Assembly: GCA_017445315.1 (NCBI GenBank)
Contig: JAFSUI010000029.1
Coordinates: forward strand, 10,015 to 74,014
Reading direction: 5' to 3'
Source: Bacillota bacterium
GTDB lineage: Bacteria > Bacillota > Clostridia > Peptostreptococcales > Anaerovoracaceae
DNA: 64,000 bases
Under the pieces are notes generated by a model. It made no database searches, had not been told where the DNA came from, and worked only from the letters and a program-made list of their open reading frames with translations. Positions 39,785 through 49,597 of the stretch are shown here, piece by piece. Position numbers and translations under genes: made by a program. Positions within the stretch are counted from its first letter, which is position 1, and every line of letters starts with the position of its first letter.

Positions 39785-42577
39785 ATGGAGAACAAGCGCC
39801 CACGTTCAAGAGAACAAAATAATACCGGAAAAGGAAAAGGTATTTTTAAGCGCGGAGCGACCGGTAACGGTCCTGTTGGCTCAGGAAATGTCTTTGATGA
39901 AATCAAGGATGCTGCAAAGGAAAATCCAAGAAATGACATTCACGATGCAAAGGACATGGTCCGTGGCCAGGGTAATCAGGCTTCCGGCCAGGCACAGGAC
40001 TTTGCTCAGCAGCTTCAGCAGTTACTTCAGCAGCAAGAGCAAATTGAGCAGCAGATGCAGGCACAGCAGGCTCAGCAGATGCAGCAGCAAGCCTATCAGC
40101 AGAAGCCCCCTTTTGGAGGCGCTGGCTCAGGCGCAGGAGCGACTGAGCCATCATATTACGGTGAACCTTCACAGAGAAGAAAAAGCGGAGGCATGCTTAA
40201 GAGCATAATTATCATATTATTGCTCGCTATTTTGGTGTACTTCCTGCTAAAGTCTATGGGATTTTTCTCGGCAACGCGTCCGGAATCTGCAAATAACACC
40301 CCATCAAATACCGCAAGTGAAACCGAAAACAACGGCGAAAGTTCAAATAACAACGGAAACAATAGCTCCGAAAGCAGCGGCACTTCCACCGCTACCACAG
40401 GCGCAAGCGCTGCAACAGTTAACTCGCTAGCCGCAGCATCAGGCGTCTCATCAGGATGGAGCCAGACCTCCAACGATGGCACCCTTTCAACAGCTGTCGT
40501 AGATTCTGCAAGAGAAAAGTTCACGACAATCCAGGGTGACGGTCGCGACAAGATGGCAATCTTTATTTATCTTTGTGGTACTGACCTAGAATCAAAGTCC
40601 GCAATGGCCACAAGAGATTTGCAGGAGATGCTTGCCGCCAATCTTTCCGACAATGTTAGAATCCTGATTTTCACAGGTGGTTGCAGAAACTGGCAGAACG
40701 ATGTAATGAGTAGCTCTGTTAACGAAATCTATGAGATCTCAGCACAGGGTCTAAGCAGAGTAAATAGTAATGCCGGAAACGGAACAATGGTTGACCCAGA
40801 AAATCTTGAGGCGTTCATCAGATGGGCCGGCGAAAACTATGACGCAAACAGAAGAGCTCTTATATTCTGGGATCATGGTGCTGGCTCCGTTCAGGGCTAT
40901 GGCTATGACGAAAAATACCCGGGCCAGGGTTCAATGACTCTCGACGAGATTCATCAGGCTCTTTCAAACGCGGGTGTGTATTTTGATTTTATAGGCTTTG
41001 ATGCTTGCCTTATGGCAACAGCTGAAACCGCCCTCGTCTGCTCGGATTATGCGGACTATATGATTGCAAGTGAAGAAGTTGAACCGGGAATCGGTTGGTA
41101 TTACACCTCCTGGCTCAATGCAGTTTCTGAGAACTCATCCATACCTACAGTTGATATGGCAAAGATTCTCATAGACGACTTTACAACTCAGTGCGCAAGA
41201 TACTGCCCGGGACAGGAAACCACCCTGTCAATTGTTGATCTTGCTGAACTCTCCCACACCCTTCCTGAAAAGCTCACAGCTTTCTCGGAAGAAGTGAGCG
41301 CTATGATAGAAGACGGAAGATATAAGAGTATCGCAAAAGCGAGAGCCGGAAGCCACGAGTTTGCATCCGGAAACAGAATCGATCAGGTTGACCTTGTCCA
41401 CTTTGCCTCCCTACTCGGAACAAATAGCGGAAAGGAACTCGCACAGGCTGTTGTTGATGCAGTTAAATATAACCGCACCGCAAAGACCTTAAACAACGCC
41501 TATGGGCTTTCGATTTACTTCCCATACAGATCACTAACAAATGTTGACAGGATTTCTTCAACATATAAATCCATCGGTCTTACCGATAGCTATACAGCCT
41601 GTATTCAGAAATTTGCTCAGATGCAGGTTGCAGGACAGGCATCATCCGGAGGATCATACGATCCATTCTGGACGCTCCTAAACGGAACAGGTAACGGCAC
41701 ATGGTCATCCGACTATTCCGGAAGCACAACAACATGGGGCTCCTCCTCTGGTTCAGGAAGCGGCTACGGAAGCGATCTTTCTCAGCAGCTTATGGAAGAG
41801 CTTCTCACACAGCTTCTCGGCGGAAGATTTACAGACTTTGCTTCACTTGGAATAAATGGACTAAGCGCAAGCAACTCAAGATTCCTCGTAGAGAATCCGC
41901 TTGACGCAAGCAAGGTTGCAAGCTATGTTCACCAGAACATCCTTGATCCGGAGGATTTCATTTGGGGACAGAACTCAGACGGAAGTCCTGCGATTCTCCT
42001 CTCCGAAGAAAAGTGGGATCTCATAAACAAAGTCGATATGGCAATGTTCTTTGATGACGGAGAAGGATATTTCGATCTCGGAACAGATAATCTATATAAC
42101 TTCGATAAAGACGGAAACCTAATCCCTGTTCTTGATCACAGCTGGGTTTCAATTGACGATCAGCCTGTGGCCTACTACCATCTGATGACATACGATAACT
42201 CCGACGATGATTACGCAATTATCGGAAGAGTACCTGTACTCTTAAACGGAGAGATGGCAGATCTGATAATCGTATTCAACCAGGATAAGCCTAACGGTTA
42301 TGTTGCAGGCTACCGCTTTGGATATACAAAGGACGTTACTGAAGTTATAGCAAAGAACGTAGAAGAACTCGTTCCGGGAGACAGAATTGACTTTGTCTGC
42401 GACTACTATTCATACGACGGAACATTCCAGGATAGCTATATGATTGGCGAGCAATATGTTGTAAATAGTCAGGCAGATATGGTTATAAGCAATACAGAGC
42501 TCGGAGATGACGTCCTAATCACCTATAGATTTACAGATATCTATGGCGAAGACTACTGGACACCAACAATTAGATAA
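39785..42577 (+). CDS. Membrane-anchored clostripain-family (C11) cysteine peptidase
   Basis: YLCGTDLES, WDHGAG (His), FDACLM (Cys), ASEEVEPG.GW; Q-rich N-terminal region, TM, S/N-rich linker. Confidence 0.9.
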   Translation: MENKRPRSREQNNTGKGKGIFKRGATGNGPVGSGNVFDEIKDAAKENPRNDIHDAKDMVRGQGNQASGQAQDFAQQLQQLLQQQEQIEQQMQAQQAQQMQQQAYQQKPPFGGAGSGAGATEPSYYGEPSQRRKSGGMLKSIIIILLLAILVYFLLKSMGFFSATRPESANNTPSNTASETENNGESSNNNGNNSSESSGTSTATTGASAATVNSLAAASGVSSGWSQTSNDGTLSTAVVDSAREKFTTIQGDGRDKMAIFIYLCGTDLESKSAMATRDLQEMLAANLSDNVRILIFTGGCRNWQNDVMSSSVNEIYEISAQGLSRVNSNAGNGTMVDPENLEAFIRWAGENYDANRRALIFWDHGAGSVQGYGYDEKYPGQGSMTLDEIHQALSNAGVYFDFIGFDACLMATAETALVCSDYADYMIASEEVEPGIGWYYTSWLNAVSENSSIPTVDMAKILIDDFTTQCARYCPGQETTLSIVDLAELSHTLPEKLTAFSEEVSAMIEDGRYKSIAKARAGSHEFASGNRIDQVDLVHFASLLGTNSGKELAQAVVDAVKYNRTAKTLNNAYGLSIYFPYRSLTNVDRISSTYKSIGLTDSYTACIQKFAQMQVAGQASSGGSYDPFWTLLNGTGNGTWSSDYSGSTTTWGSSSGSGSGYGSDLSQQLMEELLTQLLGGRFTDFASLGINGLSASNSRFLVENPLDASKVASYVHQNILDPEDFIWGQNSDGSPAILLSEEKWDLINKVDMAMFFDDGEGYFDLGTDNLYNFDKDGNLIPVLDHSWVSIDDQPVAYYHLMTYDNSDDDYAIIGRVPVLLNGEMADLIIVFNQDKPNGYVAGYRFGYTKDVTEVIAKNVEELVPGDRIDFVCDYYSYDGTFQDSYMIGEQYVVNSQADMVISNTELGDDVLITYRFTDIYGEDYWTPTIR

Positions 42578-42683
42578 ATAGCCTATTCTATCCATCCGAA
42601 TGCAATACATTTACTTGGGCTTTCCATAAGAGGTGGAAACAATTACAAAAAAGAAAAAGAAGAATCTCTTATGAGGTTCTTCT

Positions 42684-43607
42684 TTATTTTGTTTTTATGC
42701 GACCAAATGACATCGGATATACCCCTATCACCATAAATGTAACAAGCGCATATCGTAAAGTCCTTATAAGAAACGACGCCGCACTTGGCGTAGCAAGAAA
42801 GGCTGTGTCAAACGGAAGTTTAAGAAGAGTGTTAAGTGCGATATATAATCCCATGCCTATTACAAGTCTAAATATGATGCGTATAGGCTCTCTTGTATTT
42901 TTAAAATTAACAAATCTTTCTTCAAACGGAATCGCTATAAAGAATCCCGCCATTACACCGAGCGAGGTGTAATAATCAAATGTCTTACAAAAGAGAACAC
43001 CGGTGAGCGATATCAAAAAGATTATTAGATGCAGCTTCCACCTGTTTTCTTTTTTAGGTTTGATACAAGGAAAGAAAAACGCGATTATGCCACCCATAAT
43101 CCAACCAACTATAACATCCGTAGGATAATGGACACCAAGAACCACTCTGGAGATTCCTATTCCAATCGGAAGTAGAATTAGAATGGTTCTTATAAGCTTT
43201 TCATGCTTTTTATATGTTCTATGTAGCAATCCCCAAAAGATCATGGCTGAGTTTGTGGAATGCCCACTCGGAAATGAGAACCCCTGCGCAGCAACATCAT
43301 AGATGTCAGATTCTGCGTGAACGGGTTTTAGACATTTGATCCTATCACTATCAAAATACGGACGTCTCCGAAGCACAAGGTTTTTCAGAACAGCATTTCC
43401 TACAAGTCCTATAACTATCCCAACGCCAATGGATTTGGCAAACTCCTTATCGTAGCACCAATACAAAAATGCGAGGATGCCGACAAGAATTACCTCCTCG
43501 CCCAGCATAGTAAATAGGGATGCAATCTGCACCCCTATAGTACCAATCATATTTTGTATCCACTCCATCAGAGTGATTTCAAATTCAAAATAAAATGTAT
43601 TTCCCAT
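42684..43607 (-). CDS. PAP2 family phosphatase
   Basis: K......RRPY, FPSGH, SRVVLGVHYPTD. Confidence 0.92.
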   Translation of the reverse strand: MGNTFYFEFEITLMEWIQNMIGTIGVQIASLFTMLGEEVILVGILAFLYWCYDKEFAKSIGVGIVIGLVGNAVLKNLVLRRRPYFDSDRIKCLKPVHAESDIYDVAAQGFSFPSGHSTNSAMIFWGLLHRTYKKHEKLIRTILILLPIGIGISRVVLGVHYPTDVIVGWIMGGIIAFFFPCIKPKKENRWKLHLIIFLISLTGVLFCKTFDYYTSLGVMAGFFIAIPFEERFVNFKNTREPIRIIFRLVIGMGLYIALNTLLKLPFDTAFLATPSAASFLIRTLRYALVTFMVIGVYPMSFGRIKTK

Positions 43608-43615
43608 GCTCCGTC

Positions 43616-45001
43616 CTAAATATCTTTAGACTCATCCTTTGGCATTACGGTTTCGTCGTCTCCAGGTTCCTCGTCTCCACCTATGCCTCCTCCCGCTTCA
43701 GGAAGTGTCGGTACAGGCTTCTCTCCACTTTCAGGATCTCCCGGTTCCTGTGGGTCTTCAGGATCTACCGGATCTACCGGTTCTACAGGTTCGACAGGTT
43801 CGACAGGTTCTGCCGGATCGACTGGGTCCTGTGGATCTTCTGGGTCAACAGGGTCCTGTGGATCTTCTGGGTCAACTGGATCAACCGGGTCCTGTGGGTC
43901 TTCCGGGTCAACTGGATCAACCGGGTCCTGTGGATCTTCCGGATCAACTGGATTAACCGGATCCTGTGGATCTTCTGGTTGGTTATATGGATTCAATGGA
44001 TGATACCAAAGAGGATTCCATTCTCTTAGCCAGCCGATTTCATATAACCATGCCCACCAATCAGGATCATTTAGGTTGCTTTCTGTATAGCTTCCCCATC
44101 CCCATCCGGGCTCCCATCCGTCACCGGGTTGCCATCCGTCACCGGGCTGCCATCCGTCACCGGGTTGCCATCCGTCACCGGGTTGCCATCCGTCACCAGG
44201 CGTCCATCCGCCTCCTGGATTATCCCCGGGTTGCGTTCCCGGATTATCTTTATCATCAGGATTAGCAGGATCAACCGGCTCAACTGGGTCTGTCGGCTCA
44301 ACTGGCTCTGTCGGCTCAACTGGCTCTGTCGGCTCAACTGGCTCTGTCGGCTCAACTGGCTCTGTCGGCTCAACTGGCTCTGTAGGTTCAACTGGCTTTG
44401 TCGGCTCAACTGGCTCTGCAGGTTCAACTGGCTTTGTCGGCTCAACTGGCTCTGCAGGTTCAGCAGGCTCTGTTGGTTCAGTCGGCTCTGCAGGTTCAGC
44501 AGGCTCTGTTGGTTCAGTCGGCTCTGTAGGTTCCTGTGGTTCTTCTTTTTCTTCCTGACCTGTATGTGGAACTTCCGGAGTACCAGGTGATTCAACTACA
44601 GGCTCCTCTACCTGAGGTGCTGCCGGAGTCTCTACTGGAGTTACTGTCGGTGTAACTGCAGGCGTAACTGCCGGTCTTACAGTAGGTTCGTTAGTGGTCG
44701 GTATTTGTACCGGTGTTTCCTCAACAGGAACTTCAACAGGAGCTTCATTTTCTTCAAGCTCTTCTTCCGGTTCCTGATTTTGCTCTTCCGGTTCTTCTTG
44801 CTTTGGGATTTCTGTTTCAGTATTTGGATTTTCTGAAGGCGCCTCGCTATAAGAAGCAGGTGATTCGTTAGGTAGTACCGGCGAATCTATTCCCGACTGT
44901 ACATAAGGCATGGCAAAATAAAGTACGCCTAGAGCCATCAAAGATGGCAGGACAAAGATATATGGTTTTATTCCTTTGATAAACTTAGATAGCTTTCCCA
45001 T
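43616..45001 (-). CDS. Membrane-anchored acidic Pro-rich repeat protein with a Trp-rich core
   Basis: SD AGGAAAG; N-terminal TM; (EPx)n, (WQPGDG)n and (DPEDPQDPV)n arrays; no recognisable catalytic domain. Confidence 0.8.
   Translation of the reverse strand: MGKLSKFIKGIKPYIFVLPSLMALGVLYFAMPYVQSGIDSPVLPNESPASYSEAPSENPNTETEIPKQEEPEEQNQEPEEELEENEAPVEVPVEETPVQIPTTNEPTVRPAVTPAVTPTVTPVETPAAPQVEEPVVESPGTPEVPHTGQEEKEEPQEPTEPTEPTEPAEPAEPTEPTEPAEPAEPVEPTKPVEPAEPVEPTKPVEPTEPVEPTEPVEPTEPVEPTEPVEPTEPVEPTDPVEPVDPANPDDKDNPGTQPGDNPGGGWTPGDGWQPGDGWQPGDGWQPGDGWQPGDGWEPGWGWGSYTESNLNDPDWWAWLYEIGWLREWNPLWYHPLNPYNQPEDPQDPVNPVDPEDPQDPVDPVDPEDPQDPVDPVDPEDPQDPVDPEDPQDPVDPAEPVEPVEPVEPVDPVDPEDPQEPGDPESGEKPVPTLPEAGGGIGGDEEPGDDETVMPKDESKDI
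43740..43980 (-). repeat. Coding tandem repeat of DPx/EPx units (9-nt period)
   Basis: Repeated ggatcttctgggtcaac and gggtcctgt units. Confidence 0.9.
44102..44210 (-). repeat. 18-bp coding tandem repeat (WQPGDG), about 6 units
   Basis: ccatccgtcaccgggttg repeated. Confidence 0.95.
44270..44540 (-). repeat. Coding tandem repeat (EPVEPT / EPAEPT), 18-bp period
   Basis: ggctcaactggctctgtc repeated. Confidence 0.95.
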
Positions 45002-45245
45002 TTTCTTTCCTAAATCCTAATTCCTATTGCGTGCATCACAAAGCCAACGGCAAAATGCACGCACACATTTATGATACCATATATATTGTGGGAAATAAAA
45101 GCATTTTTTGCTGTTTCTGCAAGTTTTTTTATGTAATTTTAGCCAAAAAATACTGTTTGTTTTTGTACATTTCTGTGATAGAATCACAAGTGGTCTCTTT
45201 TGAGCCATTCACGTAGTACTTTAGTATGATAAGCCGTTTATTGAG

Positions 45246-46583
45246 ATGGATGACAAAAACTTACTAACCGAAGGTTCAATTCAGCGCAAATTAATTTTCT
45301 TTGCCCTGAATATTTTCCTCGGAAACCTTTTTCAACAACTCTATAACACTGCGGATTCGATAATTGTCGGTAACTTCCTTGGACACAATGCCCTCGCGGC
45401 TGTATCCAGCTCCGGCAATCTCATCTTTCTAATAGTTGGTCTTTTTGCCGGTATCTCTATGGGAGCCGGTGTTGTTATATCCAATTTTGTCGGTGCAAGG
45501 GAGCAGGAACAAATTTCTCGCTCCGTCCACTCCACTATCGCACTCGGTATTGCTTCTGCAATTATCCTCACCGTAATCGGAGTAAGCTTTGCAGAACCTG
45601 TACTTAAACTTATGAATACGCCGGAGTCCGTTCTGCCAAATTCGGTTACATACCTAAGAATATATTTTGCCGGATCATTCGGCTTTATAATGTATAACAC
45701 TTTCATGGGAATACTTAGAGCCGCCGGAGACTCCAAGCATCCGCTCTACTATTTGATAATCTCATCGGTAATCAATATTATTTTGGATATCGTTTTTATT
45801 GCAGGTCTTGGATATGGCGTAGGAGCCGCAGCTCTTGCAACCGCTGTATCACAGTTCTTCTCTGCGGCACTCGCATTCTACCGTCTCATGCACATAAACG
45901 CAGATTACAAGATAGAATTAAGAAAGATAAAATTTGATAAACTGATGACCAGAAAAATAATCCAGTACGGAATTCCTTCCGGTCTTCAGAACTCCGTAAT
46001 GTCGCTCTCCAATGTCGTAATTCAGTCATACATAAATACATTTGGTGAATTTGCAATGGCGGGTATCGGCGCCTATACCAAGATAGAAGGATTTATCTTT
46101 ATCCCTATTACAAGTTTTGGTATGGCAATCACAACCTTTGTCGGTCAGAACATAGGAGCAAAAGAATTTGACCGCGCAAGAAAAGGTATCAGATTTGGTC
46201 TTCTCTGCGTAGCGGGATCTTGCTTGGTTCTCGGCGCAATCATGATGGTTTTCGCACCGAGTCTAATTGCCCTATTCGATACTCATCCTGAGGTAATCGC
46301 TCACGGAACCGAACGTGCACATATTGTTTCAATGTTCTTTGCACTATGTGGATTCACGCACGTAATGGCTGCAGTTCTTCGTGGAACGGGCCGTCCGACA
46401 ACCGCTCTCATAGTATTCCTACTTTGCTGGTGCGTAGCAAGAATTGCAATCATAGCCGTTCTTGGACCTATAGTTCAGGACATTACGCTTTCACACTGGA
46501 TATATCCATTTACTTGGATGCTTTCTTCTCTCGCCTTCTTCTTCATCTACAGGAAGACGGATCTGGAAAAAGCACATATTTAA
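45246..46583 (+). CDS. MATE family efflux transporter
   Basis: NLFQQLYNTAD.IIVG, GDSKHPL, GQNIGA; 12 TMs. Confidence 0.93.
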   Translation: MDDKNLLTEGSIQRKLIFFALNIFLGNLFQQLYNTADSIIVGNFLGHNALAAVSSSGNLIFLIVGLFAGISMGAGVVISNFVGAREQEQISRSVHSTIALGIASAIILTVIGVSFAEPVLKLMNTPESVLPNSVTYLRIYFAGSFGFIMYNTFMGILRAAGDSKHPLYYLIISSVINIILDIVFIAGLGYGVGAAALATAVSQFFSAALAFYRLMHINADYKIELRKIKFDKLMTRKIIQYGIPSGLQNSVMSLSNVVIQSYINTFGEFAMAGIGAYTKIEGFIFIPITSFGMAITTFVGQNIGAKEFDRARKGIRFGLLCVAGSCLVLGAIMMVFAPSLIALFDTHPEVIAHGTERAHIVSMFFALCGFTHVMAAVLRGTGRPTTALIVFLLCWCVARIAIIAVLGPIVQDITLSHWIYPFTWMLSSLAFFFIYRKTDLEKAHI

Positions 46584-46588
46584 GCATT

Positions 46589-46617
46589 AAAAATGCCGCT
46601 TCAGTAGCGGCATTTTT
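46589..46617. terminator. Bidirectional terminator
   Basis: AAAAATGCCGCT-tcagt-AGCGGCATTTTT. Confidence 0.9.
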
Positions 46618-46618
46618 C

Positions 46619-48334
46619 TTATTCATTCTTTTCTTTCTCTATATACGTTTCCATTACTTCCTTGGCGTGACTCATAGCCTTTTTGACGCTTCCCTCCGTA
46701 AACAAAGGAGTTAGTTCTGCTTGTTCAACAACCTCAGCATAGCCAATTCTTCCACCCTTTTCTATCAGGTTCATATAATTCTGCCAGGTTACCTCCGGAT
46801 ACTTGACGTATTTACCCCTCATCTCCAGCGCATGAACCCTAGCAAGTGCATAATTGATATAGTAGAACGGATATAGGAAAACATGAGGTACAGAGTAGAA
46901 ATAGCCACCATTCTCAAAGAACTCATCCCCGTCATACTCTCTCCACGGAAGATATTTTTTCTCTAGCCTACGCCACTCTGCCGTGCGCTCCTTTGGTGTC
47001 ATATTTGGATTTGAATAACAGATGTGATTGAACTCATCAATTGCGCATCCTGCAGGAATAAGCGTAATTAACTCCTGCATATTATAGTATTTATACTTTT
47101 CCGCATTTTCACCAAAGAATTTATCGGCATAATTATATGCAAACAGGCACATGGACAAAGCATATATCTCCATGATTTCTCCTGTAGCACTATAGTACTC
47201 TTTAATCGGTTGTGCACGCGACGCCACATATCTTGCAAAGGCCTCACCCAATTCTCCCGTTATGACCTGATAATCCGCCATCGTTCCATCAAAATGCGTA
47301 AATACAAATGGCGCCTTTCTGGCAAGAAGAATCAAGCCATATCCGCCCTGCTCTTTTTCAGGTCTATTCTTGTACTCAAACAGTTCATGGCTCAACATAT
47401 AGTCAATAAACTCGCCTGTTTCCTGACTAATGTCGTTATACATTTCTCTGGTCTTTTCTATTAAATACTCGTCATCACCTACTCTACGAAGATTTCCATC
47501 CGGGAATACGGCCTTCTCATCATAGACCATTAAATCAACACCGAGTCTTTCTTCCTGCACCTTATAGAGCTTTTCGCATAGAGGAACTATCTCCTCTACT
47601 ACCTGATTGCGGAAAACCTCTATATCGTCCGGTGTATAATCTGTATGGTGATTCAAGTAATAACCTACAGGCACATAGCTTTCATAGCCTAGCTTCTCTG
47701 CTATTTGGCTACGCACCTTGATAATTTCATCAAAAATCTCTTCTAATCGTTTTTCGTTCTCCCTGAAAATCTTAGAAAGTGCCTTAAACGCAGTAGCTCG
47801 TACGTTTCTATCCTCATTACCGAACATGGCTTTTAATTCACTGACATTCTTTGACTCGCCAAAGACCTCAGCTTTTGCCATTCCTATAATGGTGTAATAC
47901 TCCGTGCAGAGCTCGCTCTCAAGTTGATAAAGTTCTATACAATCATCGCCAAATCTTTTTTGTTGAACTTCAAAATCAATAAAATACTGCTTGCCAAGCT
48001 TATCTTCTATATAATCCTTGAACTGGCTATTATATACAGCCTCTTTAAAATTAAGCACAGCCTGATCGTAATAGATCAAATTCTCGTCAAACCAGCGTTG
48101 CTGTTCGTCGTAGAAAGGATCCTTGGTATCCATTGAATGACGTATAAAGGCGACTCCTACCAGGTCATCCGCTTTACGTGTCATTTCGTCAACCTCAAGG
48201 ATGAGTTGCATGACATCATCTCCGGAATTAGCCTCTTCGACACGCAAAATGGCATCAGCAAACAAGTCCCTATAAACTCTAAGGTCCGGTCTCACATATT
48301 TTAGTTCACTGAATTTCCAAACATCATTATTCAT
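46619..48334 (-). CDS. M3 family oligoendopeptidase homolog, HExxH degenerate (GELGE)
   Basis: Full-length M3-like sequence (WKFSELKYVRP, TPKER..W..LEKKY.PWR, PFYYINY); the zinc-motif position reads ITGELGEAF. Confidence 0.85.
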   Translation of the reverse strand: MNNDVWKFSELKYVRPDLRVYRDLFADAILRVEEANSGDDVMQLILEVDEMTRKADDLVGVAFIRHSMDTKDPFYDEQQRWFDENLIYYDQAVLNFKEAVYNSQFKDYIEDKLGKQYFIDFEVQQKRFGDDCIELYQLESELCTEYYTIIGMAKAEVFGESKNVSELKAMFGNEDRNVRATAFKALSKIFRENEKRLEEIFDEIIKVRSQIAEKLGYESYVPVGYYLNHHTDYTPDDIEVFRNQVVEEIVPLCEKLYKVQEERLGVDLMVYDEKAVFPDGNLRRVGDDEYLIEKTREMYNDISQETGEFIDYMLSHELFEYKNRPEKEQGGYGLILLARKAPFVFTHFDGTMADYQVITGELGEAFARYVASRAQPIKEYYSATGEIMEIYALSMCLFAYNYADKFFGENAEKYKYYNMQELITLIPAGCAIDEFNHICYSNPNMTPKERTAEWRRLEKKYLPWREYDGDEFFENGGYFYSVPHVFLYPFYYINYALARVHALEMRGKYVKYPEVTWQNYMNLIEKGGRIGYAEVVEQAELTPLFTEGSVKKAMSHAKEVMETYIEKEKNE

Positions 48335-48352
48335 ATAATGAAACCTCTAGCC

Positions 48353-49597
48353 TTATCTATCGCTAGCGCAAGCCTTAACAAAATCACTAAATATCTTTCG
48401 GCTCATTTCATCTTTTTTATGCATAAACTCCGGATGCCACTGTACTGCCTTTAGGTATTTTTTATCCGGCATTTCAGCAGCCTCAACTAGCCCATCCTCT
48501 GCCTTTGCAGAAATCACAAGACCTTCTGCCAAATCCTTTAATCCCTGGTGGTGGCAGCTATTAACCATTATTATATCACATCCTGCAAGATTTTTCAGCC
48601 AACTTCCTTCTTCTAGTTTCACAGGATGAATCGGTTCATCATATGGCGCGGGCTGACGGTGATTTACTTCTGATGGGAACTGCATCGGAATATCCTGATA
48701 AAGGCTCCCTCCAAGTGCAGCATTGATAAACTGAAGACCTCTGCATATTCCAAATACCGGTTTATCCGCTTCCATTGCCTTCTTTAGGAGGATAACCTCC
48801 ATATCATCTCTTGCCGTGCAAGGTTCAACGTTTTCGGTTTCATCAGTCATACCATAAACTTCAGGACCTACGTCATGGCCACCCGTTATGATAAATCCGT
48901 CAAATTTTTCAACAAGCTTTCCTATATCTTCTTCATCGGAGATGAGCGGCAACATAACAGGAATTCCTCCAGCCTCTATAACTCCCTCAAAATATCCGGG
49001 AAGCATCCAGTAACTATCCCTCTTTTCATCTACCAGCGCCTGAAGCCCTATCAAAGGTTTTCTTTTACTGTTGTAAAGATAGTTATCCACCAATGTAACT
49101 TCCTTTCCTAACCCTTGCCAGAATCTAACCGTGGTTGAATCGTACTTGAATCCACATTTTTCTTGAACTCTTGCCGATGCATGATTGTCATCGAAATGAC
49201 CGCACCAGAGTTTTCTCATGCCGAGCTCATTAAAGCAATAATCAATAGTCGCCTTTACGGCCTCGGTCATATACACTTTGTTCCAGTACGGATAGCCGAG
49301 CCAAAAGCCAAGCTCCTTTTCGTCATCAACAATTACTCTTTCCTCTGCATCATCATTCTCATAAACATAATCGATTCCCATATTTCCGATTATCTTTTCG
49401 CTCGCTTTTTCTATGATGCAATAGGTATGGTCGTTTACAAGAATCTTCCCCAGAATTTCTCGTGACTCTTCCAGAGTTTTATGCGGCATCCATCCACACC
49501 GCGGCCCAACACGCTCATCAGAAGAAAGCTCAAATAGCGCCTCGGCGTCATCAATTGTCCATGGTCTAAAATATAATCTTTCGCTTTCGTAGGTCAT
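48353..49597 (-). CDS. Fusion of a RimL-type GNAT and a peptidase C26 / PuuD-like gamma-glutamyl hydrolase
   Basis: N-terminal SERLYFRPW..N.ASARVQEKCGF; C-terminal TGGHDV, GICRGLQ, VNSCHHQ, VQWHPE. Confidence 0.85.
   Translation of the reverse strand: MTYESERLYFRPWTIDDAEALFELSSDERVGPRCGWMPHKTLEESREILGKILVNDHTYCIIEKASEKIIGNMGIDYVYENDDAEERVIVDDEKELGFWLGYPYWNKVYMTEAVKATIDYCFNELGMRKLWCGHFDDNHASARVQEKCGFKYDSTTVRFWQGLGKEVTLVDNYLYNSKRKPLIGLQALVDEKRDSYWMLPGYFEGVIEAGGIPVMLPLISDEEDIGKLVEKFDGFIITGGHDVGPEVYGMTDETENVEPCTARDDMEVILLKKAMEADKPVFGICRGLQFINAALGGSLYQDIPMQFPSEVNHRQPAPYDEPIHPVKLEEGSWLKNLAGCDIIMVNSCHHQGLKDLAEGLVISAKAEDGLVEAAEMPDKKYLKAVQWHPEFMHKKDEMSRKIFSDFVKACASDR

Noticed and set aside
44102-44540. 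Possible CRISPR array
   Set aside because: The repeats are head-to-tail with no unique spacers, in frame within a CDS, and no cas genes are present.
43595-44595. Alternative-frame repeat ORFs (RLNWLC)n, (GSTGSC)n, (QSQLSR)n
   Set aside because: These are shadows of the 9/18-bp coding repeats; only the 43616-45001 frame has an SD and a membrane anchor.
45017-45216. Short ORFs in the AT-rich spacer
   Set aside because: They have no SD or recognisable features; the region is better explained as divergent promoters.
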